A DNA stretch of 38,958 bases from an uncultured Methanosarcinales archaeon (GCA_964492935.1 CAZBLF010000008.1:1-38958), one strand, 5' to 3'; counted from the first letter of the stretch, positions 1 through 10,097 are shown. The notes: generated by a model not told the origin, from the letters alone. Numbers and translations are program-made.

Positions 1-77
1 ACGGGGCAAGCCCGTATTATTCTTTGAAAGCGTTATTGTGAGCTATGCACATACGTATTCTGAAAACATGAATTAGA

Positions 78-2468
78 TTAAGAGCGCTTTAGTTTTTTCT
101 CTGCATTTAAAACGGTCACTATTGTTTTCATCAATGCATCGGGCGCAACAGAAATAGAATGGATGCCTTGTTCTACTAGAAATTGAGCAAAATCGGGGAG
201 TGAACCGGCTTCTCCGCATAATCCTATGTGTCTTTTATTGGCTCTTGCTTTATGGATGGCGGTAGCGACTAGTGCTTTTACGGCATCATTGCGTTCATCA
301 TAGACTTCTGCTACTAATTCGGAGTCGCGATCTAGGCCTAATGTTAATTGTGTTAGGTCGTTTGTTCCTATACTGAAACCGTCGAAGATCTTTGCGAATT
401 CGTCTGCTAGGATGACGTTAGCAGGGATTTCACACATGACGTAGATTTCTAGATTGTCTTTGTGTCGCTTTAATCCGTTCTTTGCCATCTCTTTTAGTAC
501 TAATTTTCCTTCTTTTATGGTTCTGCAAAATGGAACCATGATTTTGAGGTTTTTTAGTCCCATTTCTTTTCTTACTTTAGCTAGTGCTTTACATTCTAGG
601 GCGAATGCTTGTTTGTATTCTTTCGTGTGGTATCTTGAGGCTCCGCGCCAGCCGATCATGGGATTGTCTTCTAACGGTTCGAAGAGTTTTCCTCCAATTA
701 AATGGGCGTATTCGTTGCTTTTGAAGTCGGATAATCTTACAATAACATCTTTTGGGTAGAAGGCGGCTGCTAATGTTGCTACGCCTTGGCTCAATTTGTC
801 GATGAAGAATTGTTGCTTGTTTTTGTAGCCTTTGGTTAGTGTTGTTATTTGTCTTTTGGCTTCTTTATCTGCTAGGGTGTGGTAGTTTATCAATGCTTTT
901 GGATGGATCTTAATATATTCATTGATGATGAATTCTTCTCGTGCTAGACCGATGCCTTCATGGGGTTTTTGAGCTACTTCAAACGCTTGTTCGGGATTTC
1001 CTAGGTTGACCATTACTTTTGTTCGTGGTTTTTCTAGATTATGTAAGTTGTGGGTTTGGACGTGGTATTTGAGGATGCCGTCGTAGATATACCCTGTTTC
1101 GCCTTCTGCGCAGCTTACGGTGATGGGTTGTTTGTTTCTTATCTTTTGGGTTGCTACATTAGTTCCTACAATGCAGGGAATGCCTAATTCTCTAGAGATG
1201 ATTGCGGCGTGGCAGGTTCGGCCTCCCCTGTTAGTTACAATGCCAGAGGCAATTTTCATGATGGGTTCCCAATCGGGATCGGTCATGTCGGTTACGAGGA
1301 CATTTCCTTTTCTGAATTTCTTCATGTCGTGGACATCTTGTACAATTTGAGCTTTGCCTGTACCTATTTTTGATCCAACACTTCTTCCAGTGGTTATTAC
1401 TTTTCCTCTTTTTCCGATATGGTATTCCTCAAGGATGCTAGGATCTTTTCTGCTTTGAATGGTTTCTGGGCGTGCTTGAACGATGAAGAGTTTTCCTGAT
1501 TTCCCGTCTTTCGCCCATTCCATATCCATGGGTTTTCGGTAATGATGCTCTATTTGGCATGCCCATCTCGCCAATTGGAGTGTTTCTTCCTCAGTGATTG
1601 CGTATTCGTTACGCTCTTTTGTGGTTGTTTGGATGTTTTTTGTTGAGTCTTTCGAACCTTCATGGGAATAGATCATCTTTAGTTTTTTATTTCCTAGTTT
1701 TTTGCTTAAGATTGGTTTATAGCCTAGTGCTAATGTTGGTTTATGAACGTAGAATTCGTCTGGGTTTACTCTGCCTAGGACGATATTTTCTCCTAGACCA
1801 TAGATGGCATTAATTAAGACAACATCTCTGAATCCGGTTTCGGTGTCTATAGAAAACATGATACCTGAGGTTGCTATGTCGGATCTTACCATGAGTTGTA
1901 CTCCTATGGATAGGGCAACTTGGAAATGGTCGAAGTTTTTGTCAATTCGATAATGTATTGCTCTGTTTGTAAATAAAGATGCGAAACATTTCTTGCAGGC
2001 TTCTAACAGATGGGCTTCTCCTCTTACGTTAAGGTATGTTTCTTGCTGGCCTGCGAAGGATGCATCTGGAAGGTCTTCTGCGGTTGCAGATGATCTTACG
2101 GCAACTTCTCGATTTCTGCCATACTTTCTTTGGAATTTTTTGTAGGCGTCTAGAATTGCTATTCTTAATTTTGGGGGTATACTGGCCCTTAGGATATGTT
2201 CTCGAATTTCATGGCCGTATTTTCTTAAGGAGGTGACGCTGTTAGGGTTAATGTTTCTTATTAATCGTTTTATTTCCGGTTCTAGGCCTTCTTCCCTGAG
2301 AAAGTATCGGTATGCTGCTGCGGTTACTGCGAAACCGTCTGGGATGTTGATCTTCTTTTTTGTGAGTTTTTGATACATCTCACCTAGAGAAGCGTTTTTT
2401 CCTCCAACTAACGGCACATCCTCTATTCCGATCTCATTAAACCAAAGAACTAATTCATTTGATTTCAT
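78..2468 (-). CDS. ppsA: Phosphoenolpyruvate synthase (pyruvate, water dikinase)
   Basis: 796 aa; N-terminal VGGKNASLGEM, AVRSSATAEDLPDASFAGQQET, phospho-His motif GGRTCHAAIISRELG, C-terminal FSIGTNDLTQLTLGLDRD. Confidence 0.97.
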   Translation of the reverse strand: MKSNELVLWFNEIGIEDVPLVGGKNASLGEMYQKLTKKKINIPDGFAVTAAAYRYFLREEGLEPEIKRLIRNINPNSVTSLRKYGHEIREHILRASIPPKLRIAILDAYKKFQRKYGRNREVAVRSSATAEDLPDASFAGQQETYLNVRGEAHLLEACKKCFASLFTNRAIHYRIDKNFDHFQVALSIGVQLMVRSDIATSGIMFSIDTETGFRDVVLINAIYGLGENIVLGRVNPDEFYVHKPTLALGYKPILSKKLGNKKLKMIYSHEGSKDSTKNIQTTTKERNEYAITEEETLQLARWACQIEHHYRKPMDMEWAKDGKSGKLFIVQARPETIQSRKDPSILEEYHIGKRGKVITTGRSVGSKIGTGKAQIVQDVHDMKKFRKGNVLVTDMTDPDWEPIMKIASGIVTNRGGRTCHAAIISRELGIPCIVGTNVATQKIRNKQPITVSCAEGETGYIYDGILKYHVQTHNLHNLEKPRTKVMVNLGNPEQAFEVAQKPHEGIGLAREEFIINEYIKIHPKALINYHTLADKEAKRQITTLTKGYKNKQQFFIDKLSQGVATLAAAFYPKDVIVRLSDFKSNEYAHLIGGKLFEPLEDNPMIGWRGASRYHTKEYKQAFALECKALAKVRKEMGLKNLKIMVPFCRTIKEGKLVLKEMAKNGLKRHKDNLEIYVMCEIPANVILADEFAKIFDGFSIGTNDLTQLTLGLDRDSELVAEVYDERNDAVKALVATAIHKARANKRHIGLCGEAGSLPDFAQFLVEQGIHSISVAPDALMKTIVTVLNAEKKLKRS

Positions 2469-2511
2469 CTATCCCTCTTCTTTTGATATTAGGTATTATG
2501 TTATATAAATC

Positions 2512-3489
2512 TTATGTAATGGTGACTTTTGTTGATTTCTTCATTTCTTTACACGCTTCTCTCCATTTTAGGAGCTTATTTGTTGCTCCATGGTGTTGGA
2601 TTACTGATTCTGCATTAGTTCTTGCTAACTGTAAGGCGAATTTGATATCGTTCTTTTTAATCATTCCAGACAGGAAGGATGAAGCAAATGCGTCTCCGGC
2701 TCCGGTTGTTTCTACTACTTTGACATTTTTTGTTTTTATGTGGTAGGTGTTCGTTTGATCGTATGCAATTGCACCTTGCTCTCCATCTGTTATGATCGCT
2801 ATTTTGGGTCCTACGCGGGTTAGTTTCTTTAGCTGGTCTTTGGTTTGTGATTTTTTGGTTAGTAGAATGGCTTCTTCTTTGTTGCAGATGAAGATGGTGG
2901 TGTGTTGTAAGATGGGTTTGCAATAATTTAATCCTTTCTCGGCTAGATACTCGCTCATGTTGAAGATGATATGGATGTTGTTGTTTTTAGCGTATTTTGC
3001 TAGTTTCGTTTGTGTATTGAATGATTCTCCTATCATGGTTGAGAAATAGAACCATTTCGTTTTTGGTATTTTCTTGATATCTTTGTAGCGGAGATGGTTA
3101 TTTGCTCCTTTGAATGCTAATATTGTTCTATCGTGTTCGATGCTGTCTAGTATGATTGATGTTCCTGATTCTATCTTCTTGTCTTTGATTGCTAGTACCT
3201 CTACGTTGTCAGCTTTTAGTTGATCTAGAATGAAGTTTGCGTTATTTCCTTTTCCTACATTTCCTAGAAAAGCTACTTTGTGACCTAGTCGTTTTAACGC
3301 TATGGCGGTGTTGACGCCACAACCTCCAACTGTTTCGTGCATTTTGTCAACGAGAATTTTACTTCCGATAGGGTATGCTTGTAAGTCGCATGGAATGCCT
3401 TTCTTTTTGCATTTTTTTATTGTTTCAGAATAGTGTGTTTTTACGAAAATGTCCACAGTTGCAGAACCTACGGTGATGACGTCGTACAT
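2512..3489 (-). CDS. PfkB/ribokinase-family carbohydrate kinase
   Basis: GSATVD start, GGCGVNTAIALKRLG, C-terminal ETTGAGDAF signature; substrate cannot be determined. Confidence 0.92.
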   Translation of the reverse strand: MYDVITVGSATVDIFVKTHYSETIKKCKKKGIPCDLQAYPIGSKILVDKMHETVGGCGVNTAIALKRLGHKVAFLGNVGKGNNANFILDQLKADNVEVLAIKDKKIESGTSIILDSIEHDRTILAFKGANNHLRYKDIKKIPKTKWFYFSTMIGESFNTQTKLAKYAKNNNIHIIFNMSEYLAEKGLNYCKPILQHTTIFICNKEEAILLTKKSQTKDQLKKLTRVGPKIAIITDGEQGAIAYDQTNTYHIKTKNVKVVETTGAGDAFASSFLSGMIKKNDIKFALQLARTNAESVIQHHGATNKLLKWREACKEMKKSTKVTIT

Positions 3490-3524
3490 ATCTAATTATT
3501 ATTTTTGGGGTATAAAAAGGTTTG

Positions 3525-4493
3525 TTAGAAACTCAACGTGTCAAGAATTTCATGGGTGTTTTTGGTTGTTTGGTATGTTTCTAATAACGATGCTTCTTTT
3601 CCTAGTTTTGTTTTTATTTTCGTTTTTTGATAGTCTACTTCTTGGTTAGTAATTCTTGCTTGCTTATCTGCTTCGATTAAACCGTAGGGGTAGCCGAGGA
3701 AAACTGGATCTGAGGCGTTTTGCTTTAATGAATCTGCTATTTCTTGCCATCCGAGTTTACTTAGAGGGTAGCGCTCTGCTTTGAAGGCGTATCGTGCTTT
3801 TTTATGGAGGTTTAGGATTGCTAGATCTCGCTTCCAGTTGCCTAATGGGTGGTAGATCCAAGAAGTTTCTGGAGCACTGGTTCTTAGGACTGGGATGAAT
3901 GCGTTTCCGGTTTCTGTAACTAAGTCATTTGTTTTTGCGATCGCTGCTACTGTGCCTTGGGTGTAGAGATCTTCTAATGCTTTTGTTTCTTGTTGTGTTT
4001 TGGGGTTTAATTCTCCATCTAGGATGATGATTTCGGCTTGTGCTCGAGCTGCTATTTCAGCTTCAAGAATCTTTCTTACTGGGTTGATGATTGAAGATGG
4101 ATCTAGTTTAGTACCTGTTGTTAGAGTTGGATCGTGAGGGTCGAAGATTAGTTTTTGGTGTGATATTCCGTGAAAGGTTACTTCGTACTGGTTGTTTTTT
4201 TCTTGTATGAAAACGAACCCTTCGTTCCTGATTGTTCGTAATCGTTCTTTTCCTTTGTAGGTTATTGCAGCTGTTTTTACTAATTGTAATGAGAAGTTTG
4301 ATGCTGCTATTAGTTCTGCGTTGCCACCGTCTACGAATGCAACTGTTGTTTCCTTTTCTTCAATTTTGTGGAAGTTTTCTTTTGTTATTTCAATTGGTTG
4401 GAATTCAGGGTCTTTAATGTGTAGATGGGTGCCTTTGTTTTCGATGGTTTGTTTTAGGCTGTTGATGACTTCCTTGAGAATATCATTGTTCAT
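3525..4493 (-). CDS. nurA: NurA-family nuclease
   Basis: AFVDGG, IILDGEL and GYPYGLIEADKQARI motifs typical of the NurA RNase H-like fold. Confidence 0.8.
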   Translation of the reverse strand: MNNDILKEVINSLKQTIENKGTHLHIKDPEFQPIEITKENFHKIEEKETTVAFVDGGNAELIAASNFSLQLVKTAAITYKGKERLRTIRNEGFVFIQEKNNQYEVTFHGISHQKLIFDPHDPTLTTGTKLDPSSIINPVRKILEAEIAARAQAEIIILDGELNPKTQQETKALEDLYTQGTVAAIAKTNDLVTETGNAFIPVLRTSAPETSWIYHPLGNWKRDLAILNLHKKARYAFKAERYPLSKLGWQEIADSLKQNASDPVFLGYPYGLIEADKQARITNQEVDYQKTKIKTKLGKEASLLETYQTTKNTHEILDTLSF

Positions 4494-4556
4494 TAGGATG
4501 GTAAGTTGTATGGGTTTAAAATTGTTTAGTCAAACCAAAGCCTTAAAAGTTAAAGT

Positions 4557-5501
4557 ATGTTCTTTTGGCGTATGGAAAGAGGGGATTATGTTAGAAGTGT
4601 ATTGGATAGTAAGTCTGAGTTAGTTGTTACTGGAGATCGTTATAAGCAAGGGTTACTGGATGTTGTTCTTGCTCCCATAATCGCTGATGTTGGTGGACGA
4701 GATGTTACAGGGCATTCGGTTTTATCTTCTAATAAGCCTGCTAGAGCTGCAATTATTGCTCAGTCTCAGTTTCTTGTTGCTGGGATGGAGGAGGCTGAAT
4801 TTTTATTCTCACAGTTTTATGTTACTTGTAACATAAAGAAAAAGGATGGTGAACGGGTAAAATCGGGTAGTGTGTTACTTGAGCTTGAGGGGAAGGAACA
4901 GGATATTGTTAAGGCAGAAAGGGGCATACTTGAGGTTATTGCAAGAATGTCTGGAATTGCTACTGGGGCTGCAAAGCTGGTGAAGACGCTTCCGGATGGT
5001 GTTTCTTTGGCTTCTACTCGGAAATCTTTGTTTCCTTTGCTGGATAAGAAGGCTGTTTCTATAGGTGGCGGTTTAACGCATCGTTTAGGGCTTTTTGATG
5101 CTGTTTTGATTAAGGACACCCATCTTACCCAGGTTAAGTCGGAAGCTGAGGAGTATGTTAAGACGGCTTTAGAACGTGGTTGGAAATCAAAGGGCAAATT
5201 TGTTGAAATTGAGGTTTCTACTGAAAAAGAAGCGTTAGCTGCTGCTTCTGCATTTTCTTCTTTAATTGGAGATCGCGGCAAAATTATTATGTTTGATAAT
5301 ATGGATGTTGATGCTATTAAGGATACTCTTACTCAAATTAGGAATGTTGAGGGTTCTGATTCTCTTATCTTCGAGGCTAGTGGTGGAATTACTGAAAAGA
5401 ATCTTGCTTTATATGTGGCAGCAGGTGTTGATGTTATTTCTATGGGAATGTTAACAAGAACTTTTCCTTCTATTGACGTGAGTTTAGAGATGATTCCATG
5501 A
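4557..5501 (+). CDS. nadC: Nicotinate-nucleotide pyrophosphorylase (quinolinate phosphoribosyltransferase); true start probably ATG at 4572
   Basis: RMSGIAT, STRKS, HRLGLFDAVLIKDTH, EIEV, IMFDNM, EASGGIT, GVDVISMG motifs. Confidence 0.95.
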   Translation: MFFWRMERGDYVRSVLDSKSELVVTGDRYKQGLLDVVLAPIIADVGGRDVTGHSVLSSNKPARAAIIAQSQFLVAGMEEAEFLFSQFYVTCNIKKKDGERVKSGSVLLELEGKEQDIVKAERGILEVIARMSGIATGAAKLVKTLPDGVSLASTRKSLFPLLDKKAVSIGGGLTHRLGLFDAVLIKDTHLTQVKSEAEEYVKTALERGWKSKGKFVEIEVSTEKEALAAASAFSSLIGDRGKIIMFDNMDVDAIKDTLTQIRNVEGSDSLIFEASGGITEKNLALYVAAGVDVISMGMLTRTFPSIDVSLEMIP

Positions 5502-6955
5502 AAACGGATATTTTGGTTGTTGGAAGTGGTATAGCAGGGTTGAGCTTTGCTTTACGAGCTGCGAAGTTTGCTTCTGTTACTGTTGTTACTAAAGATGACG
5601 CGATGGAATCTAATACTCAATACGCTCAGGGTGGTTTGGCTGGTGTTTTTGGTAAGGATGATGACTTTGCGTTGCATGTTCAGGATACGTTGAAGGCAGG
5701 GGATGGTTTGTGTGAGGAAGAAGCTGTTAAGGTTTTAGTTGAAAATGCTCCTGAGGCTATTAGCTGGTTAGATGAGTTAGGTGTCGGGTTTGACAAGAAT
5801 GGTAGTTTTCATTTAGGAAAGGAGGCAGTGCATTCAAAACGTCGCATTGTCCACGTTGGAGATAGTACTGGGAAAAGTATTCAAAAGATTTTGGTTGAGA
5901 AGGTTAAGGCAGATAAGAATATTACTTTACTGCAGCATCAGGATGTTGTTTCGTTGCTTGTTAAAGATAATCGTTGTGGCGGGGCCGTAGTTAGTGGAGA
6001 CAAACATTCTTTCATTCATGCTCGAGCTGTTGTTTTGGCTACAGGCGGTTTAGGAAATTTATATTCTCGTACATGCAATCCTGCAATAGCAACTGGTGAT
6101 GGGATTGCTTTGGCATATGAAGCTGGTGCTACGCTTATGGATATGGAGTTTGTGCAATTTCATCCTACTGGGTTGTTGCACTCAGGTAAGAGTTTTTTGT
6201 TAACTGAACGATTGAGGGGAGAGGGAGCTACTTTGGTAAATGCTTCTGGTGAACGGTTTATGGAACAGTATCATCCTGAACTTGAAATGGCGGCAAGAGA
6301 TATTGTTGCACGAGCATGTGTTGAAGAGGCTCAGAAAACTAATGCTGATGTGTATTTGGATATGACTGTTATCGAAAAGGATGTTTTGGAGAGAGAATTT
6401 CCTGCTATTACTGCTACGTGTAAGGAATTAGGTTTTGATGTGTTTAAAGGGCCGGTTCCTATTAGTCCAACGGCACATTATCTTTGTGGCGGGGTTAAGG
6501 TAGATTTTTCTGGAAGGACTGATGTTGAGCAGTTATTTGCTATTGGAGAGGTTTCTTGCAGGGGCATTCATGGTGCTGATCGTTTGGCTTCGAATTCTTT
6601 AATAGAGGGTTTAGTGTTTGGGAATAAACTAGCTGAGTATTTGAAGGATGCATTGGGCGATTATGTTGAGATTGAGGAGACTTCTTTTGATGAGGAAAAA
6701 AGTTCGTTATCCAAGATTCAGGCACTGCTTTGGGAGCATGTTGGGATTGTGCGTACTCAACAGGGTTTACAGTATTGTCTGGATGAGTTGAAGAAACTTT
6801 CTGGTAGGTATGCTTTGGTTGCTGAGTTGATTACTCGCTGTGCTTTAGCTCGTGAAGAAAGTCGTGGAACGCATTATCGTTCTGATTTTTCTTCTAAAAA
6901 AGATAGCTTTAGGAAGCATACCCTTATTAATAAGGAAGGCATTACTTTTGATTAA
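5498..6955 (+). CDS. nadB: L-aspartate oxidase
   Basis: GSGIAG FAD motif, SNTQYAQGG, EFVQFHPT, AHYLCGG, HGADRLASNSL, ESRGTHYRSDF; ATGA overlap with nadC. Confidence 0.95.
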   Translation: MKTDILVVGSGIAGLSFALRAAKFASVTVVTKDDAMESNTQYAQGGLAGVFGKDDDFALHVQDTLKAGDGLCEEEAVKVLVENAPEAISWLDELGVGFDKNGSFHLGKEAVHSKRRIVHVGDSTGKSIQKILVEKVKADKNITLLQHQDVVSLLVKDNRCGGAVVSGDKHSFIHARAVVLATGGLGNLYSRTCNPAIATGDGIALAYEAGATLMDMEFVQFHPTGLLHSGKSFLLTERLRGEGATLVNASGERFMEQYHPELEMAARDIVARACVEEAQKTNADVYLDMTVIEKDVLEREFPAITATCKELGFDVFKGPVPISPTAHYLCGGVKVDFSGRTDVEQLFAIGEVSCRGIHGADRLASNSLIEGLVFGNKLAEYLKDALGDYVEIEETSFDEEKSSLSKIQALLWEHVGIVRTQQGLQYCLDELKKLSGRYALVAELITRCALAREESRGTHYRSDFSSKKDSFRKHTLINKEGITFD

Positions 6956-6956
6956 G

Positions 6957-7418
6957 ATGGATGGGAAAGTTATCATCTCTTTTATTTTACCTATTGTCAG
7001 TATTGCTTTTGTTTTTGGGTTTTTAGTGTATACTGAACCTACGATTACCGGTTTTTCTGTTGTTAATGGGTCTGGAGTTTTACGTGATTTGGATGCTCGT
7101 GTTACTTTAGAGACTTCGGCTGGCGAAGTTATTCCGGAAAATGCGTATGTTGTTGTGAAGATAGATAGAAAACAGGCAATTATGAAGGTGGGAGATTTTA
7201 TTTTGAAAACTGGTCAGGTGTTTAACTATACTTCTGGGAAACTGGAAAGTATTTCGTATGAAGGTTTAGGGTTTTCTGGCGACTTTGTTTATGAACTTTG
7301 GTTAAGAGACTTTAATTTGGATAGAAGAGTGACGTCTGGGGTGCATACGGTGACGATGCAGATATTGTATTTGCAGCATGTTCTTTTGGAGAAGTCTGAG
7401 GAGGTTATTGTGCAATAG
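6957..7418 (+). CDS. Hypothetical membrane-anchored protein (start re-assigned to MDGKVII)
   Basis: ATG 1 nt after the nadB stop; N-terminal TM helix followed by PTITGFSV, a pattern common in DPANN surface proteins. Confidence 0.7.
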   Translation: MDGKVIISFILPIVSIAFVFGFLVYTEPTITGFSVVNGSGVLRDLDARVTLETSAGEVIPENAYVVVKIDRKQAIMKVGDFILKTGQVFNYTSGKLESISYEGLGFSGDFVYELWLRDFNLDRRVTSGVHTVTMQILYLQHVLLEKSEEVIVQ

Positions 7419-8484
7419 TGTTTTTTGGTTTTCCATACTCATACTTGATTATTGATTGAATGTTCCCTCTTTTTTCTCCAAGACCCCAAATATCTATTTT
7501 CTTTCTGATTCCATTTCTTTTTCCCACTCTTTTCACAATTCTCTTAATCTCCAAATCTCTTAGCATTTTGTGTATTAATGAGGAATTTTTCTCAAGCAGC
7601 GTTGCAATTTCGCCTCGTGAAAGATTTTTCTTTCTCAAAGCGGCGATTATTTTAGTCTTTGTTATGCCCGGAGTCCAGGACTTAGATAGGTTTAGGAATC
7701 CTCTCTTGAATTTCTCATTCTTCTGCGGATGTAAGCTTGCCATTTTGTACTGTTCAAAGATTTTGAAATTGAAATATCCAGTTATCCACAATGCGTCTTT
7801 TGGTTTGTTTTCAGATGATGTTACATTTATTTTTTTGAGCAAGCTTTGCACATATTTTCTTCTATCGTGATCTTTTATCGCTATTCCTAACATTTGTACT
7901 GATTTGTTTCTAATAGTTACGTGTCCTTCGGCGGCAAAAAGTCCTTTAATGAAATTTGGAATAAATTTTCTTTTTTTAGACAAGATTTCTAAACAATGAT
8001 CAAATATTTCATTGAATATTAGCCTAAATGTGATGCTATTAAACTCGGTTGAAAGAACACCAAATCCAGAGCACCTTTCTTTACTCTTGCTTACTCTTGC
8101 AAAACTGTTTTTTGGAATATGTGTTTTCTTAATCCAATACTCTAAAACTTTTCCTTCATCAGCGTGTTTATGTGTGCTAATTTGTGCGAATAATTCTCTT
8201 TTCTTTATGCCAAACCTACTTAAGAACTTTATCCAGTATTGATGAAGTTTGTAATTGCTGTTTGCAAAAGCGGTTCTTCGGATTCCAGAGTAGCTCCTTG
8301 TATTTAAGCCGTCTCCGAAATATAGACCTACAATCTCAAATAGAAATCCATCTAAGATGATTTCTTTGTTTATTCTGAGAACTTTTGAACGTTTGCATTT
8401 TGTAATAATTAATTTGTTTCCTCTCTCCACAATAGAATTTTTTGATCTATTTACTGTTTTTGGAATAAAATTAATTATTTTCAT
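7405..8484 (-). CDS. Free-standing double-motif LAGLIDADG endonuclease-like protein with C-terminal winged HTH
   Basis: IVGLYFGDG and FIKGLFAAEG motifs; C-terminal LSRGEIATLLEKNSSLIHKMLRDLEIKRIV...IWGL; no intein or intron context visible. Confidence 0.8.
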   Translation of the reverse strand: MKIINFIPKTVNRSKNSIVERGNKLIITKCKRSKVLRINKEIILDGFLFEIVGLYFGDGLNTRSYSGIRRTAFANSNYKLHQYWIKFLSRFGIKKRELFAQISTHKHADEGKVLEYWIKKTHIPKNSFARVSKSKERCSGFGVLSTEFNSITFRLIFNEIFDHCLEILSKKRKFIPNFIKGLFAAEGHVTIRNKSVQMLGIAIKDHDRRKYVQSLLKKINVTSSENKPKDALWITGYFNFKIFEQYKMASLHPQKNEKFKRGFLNLSKSWTPGITKTKIIAALRKKNLSRGEIATLLEKNSSLIHKMLRDLEIKRIVKRVGKRNGIRKKIDIWGLGEKRGNIQSIIKYEYGKPKNTIAQ

Positions 8485-8576
8485 CTAAATCACTATTCCC
8501 CCACGTGAATCTATGTAATTGATTTTCATTTAAATAGGCTGTGGCTGCAGTTGGCAAGTGGCAAGTGCAGAGTCAT

Positions 8577-8644
8577 TTTGTCCTTTAAACCTCTAAGGGG
8601 ACAAAATTCAGCCATTACAGACTGGACAGTTAGAATTGTCCAGT
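8577..8644. repeat. Two adjacent inverted repeats with GGACA/TGTCC cores (candidate operator sites)
   Basis: TTTTGTCC(8577)...GGACAAAA(8606) and ACTGGACA(8621-8628)...TGTCCAGT(8637-8644). Confidence 0.6.
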
Positions 8645-8695
8645 GGAAAATTATTATTTGATTGATTTGCGTAATTAGTGTGATTTAGAATGGAC

Positions 8696-10033
8696 TTATT
8701 TCTGCATTTTATTCATCAATTTACTCATTGCCTTCTCGGGATCCTTCCCTTTAAACATCTTCATCATCTTTTTTCCCTGACGATACTGCTTTAGGAGATC
8801 CCTGACATCCTGAACTTTCCTTCCAGACCCTTTAGCAATTCTCTCGATTCTAGAAGAGTTCATGATATCTGGTTCTTGTTTCTCTTGACGAGTCATAGAT
8901 TGCATCACATACTTCCAAGACTTTAGCTTTCCTTCTTGGACTTTCAAGGCATCTTTGGGCATCTTGATTTGACCCATTCCAGGAATCATTTCCATAATCT
9001 TTCCTAATGATCCCATTTTCGACATTGCTTCCATTTGTTCGTAGAGATCTTCTAACGTAAATTCTCCTTTTAGTAAACGCTTGCTTAGATCTTCAGCGTC
9101 TTCTTCCGAAATGGCGCCTTGTGCCTTTTCTAACAATGCTTCAAGATCTCCCATTCCTAGAAGTCTTCCTACAAAGCCTTCCGGGTTGAATGATTCTAAA
9201 TCTTCTAACTTTTCTCCTACTCCCAAGAATTTAATGGGTGCTTGGGTAATGGCGCAAGCTGAGAGTGCTCCACCCGCTTTTGCGGTTCCATCCATTTTTG
9301 TTGCTATTACTCCTGTAATCTTGCAAGACTCATGGAATTTCTTCGCTTGTGCTTCTGCGGCTTGTCCAATGTCGGCTGAAATAACGAGTAATCGTTCATC
9401 AGGTTTAATTGCTTTATTTACTGATTCGATTTCTTTGATTAATTCCTGGCTTAATGCGTCTCTGCCTGCAGTGTCCACAATAATGACGTCTTTTTGGTTG
9501 AGTTCTTGTTCGAATTCCTTGTAGATTTTAACGGGATCTTTTTCTTTTTTGTTGATGTAGCTCGGCACATTTGCTTTCTTGGCCACTTGTTCTAATTGGT
9601 CCATAGCTGCGGGTCGATGAACATCTAGACCTACAACGGCTACCTTTTTTCCTCTTTTTACGAAATATTTTGCTAGTTTTCCGGTTGTGGTAGTTTTACC
9701 GGAACCGAATAATCCTACAAGCATGATTTTGAATGGTTTCTTGTCGGGTTCAATTTTTTGAGATTCTTTTCCTAAGAATGCTACTAATGCTTCATAGACA
9801 ATGTTTACGAGATGTTCTCTCTTGCTTAGGCCTTTGGGAGTATCTTCTTTCTTTATTCGGTCTTTAATGCCGTTCGTTAAGTTAAAGACTAATTTTACAT
9901 TGACGTCTGCTTGTAGAAGTGCTTTTTGAATGTCCTTTATGAGTTCATTGATTAGTTTATCATCGACGAAGACGGCTTTTGCTATCTTGCTCATGGTGTT
10001 TTTTAGTGAGGTTCCTAGTTTGTCTAATACCAT
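8696..10033 (-). CDS. srp54: Signal recognition particle protein SRP54
   Basis: LLQADVN, GLFGSGKTTT, DTAGR, TKMDGTAKAGGALS; Met-rich M domain with SRIERIAKGSG. Confidence 0.98.
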   Translation of the reverse strand: MVLDKLGTSLKNTMSKIAKAVFVDDKLINELIKDIQKALLQADVNVKLVFNLTNGIKDRIKKEDTPKGLSKREHLVNIVYEALVAFLGKESQKIEPDKKPFKIMLVGLFGSGKTTTTGKLAKYFVKRGKKVAVVGLDVHRPAAMDQLEQVAKKANVPSYINKKEKDPVKIYKEFEQELNQKDVIIVDTAGRDALSQELIKEIESVNKAIKPDERLLVISADIGQAAEAQAKKFHESCKITGVIATKMDGTAKAGGALSACAITQAPIKFLGVGEKLEDLESFNPEGFVGRLLGMGDLEALLEKAQGAISEEDAEDLSKRLLKGEFTLEDLYEQMEAMSKMGSLGKIMEMIPGMGQIKMPKDALKVQEGKLKSWKYVMQSMTRQEKQEPDIMNSSRIERIAKGSGRKVQDVRDLLKQYRQGKKMMKMFKGKDPEKAMSKLMNKMQK

Positions 10034-10097
10034 CTTTGGTTAGAAAGTGTAGATTTGTTTAAAAGGTTTTTTAAATAAAAATGCGTTTTACTCGGTT
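10034..10097. promoter_or_regulatory. Divergent archaeal BRE/TATA promoters (srp54 and the 103-aa ORF)
   Basis: TTTAAA/TTTAAATA boxes about 20-25 nt upstream of each ATG, consistent with leaderless transcripts. Confidence 0.5.

Noticed and set aside
1..15. ACGGGGCAAGCCCGT hairpin reminiscent of REP/IS200-type palindromes
   Set aside because: Truncated at the window edge, single copy, no transposase; may simply be a ppsA 3' hairpin
8485..8529. 14-codon in-frame uORF (MKINYIDSRGGIVI) whose TAG directly abuts the LAGLIDADG ATG; possible amber readthrough
   Set aside because: TAG serves as a normal stop elsewhere in the window (e.g. the DedA-family gene), there is no sign of recoding, and it is easily explained by chance
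8639..8649. TCCAGTGGAAA resembles an archaeal origin recognition box (ORB), next to AT-rich DNA
   Set aside because: Single copy, no G-string, no cdc6/orc1 nearby, and no visible switch in strand bias across the site
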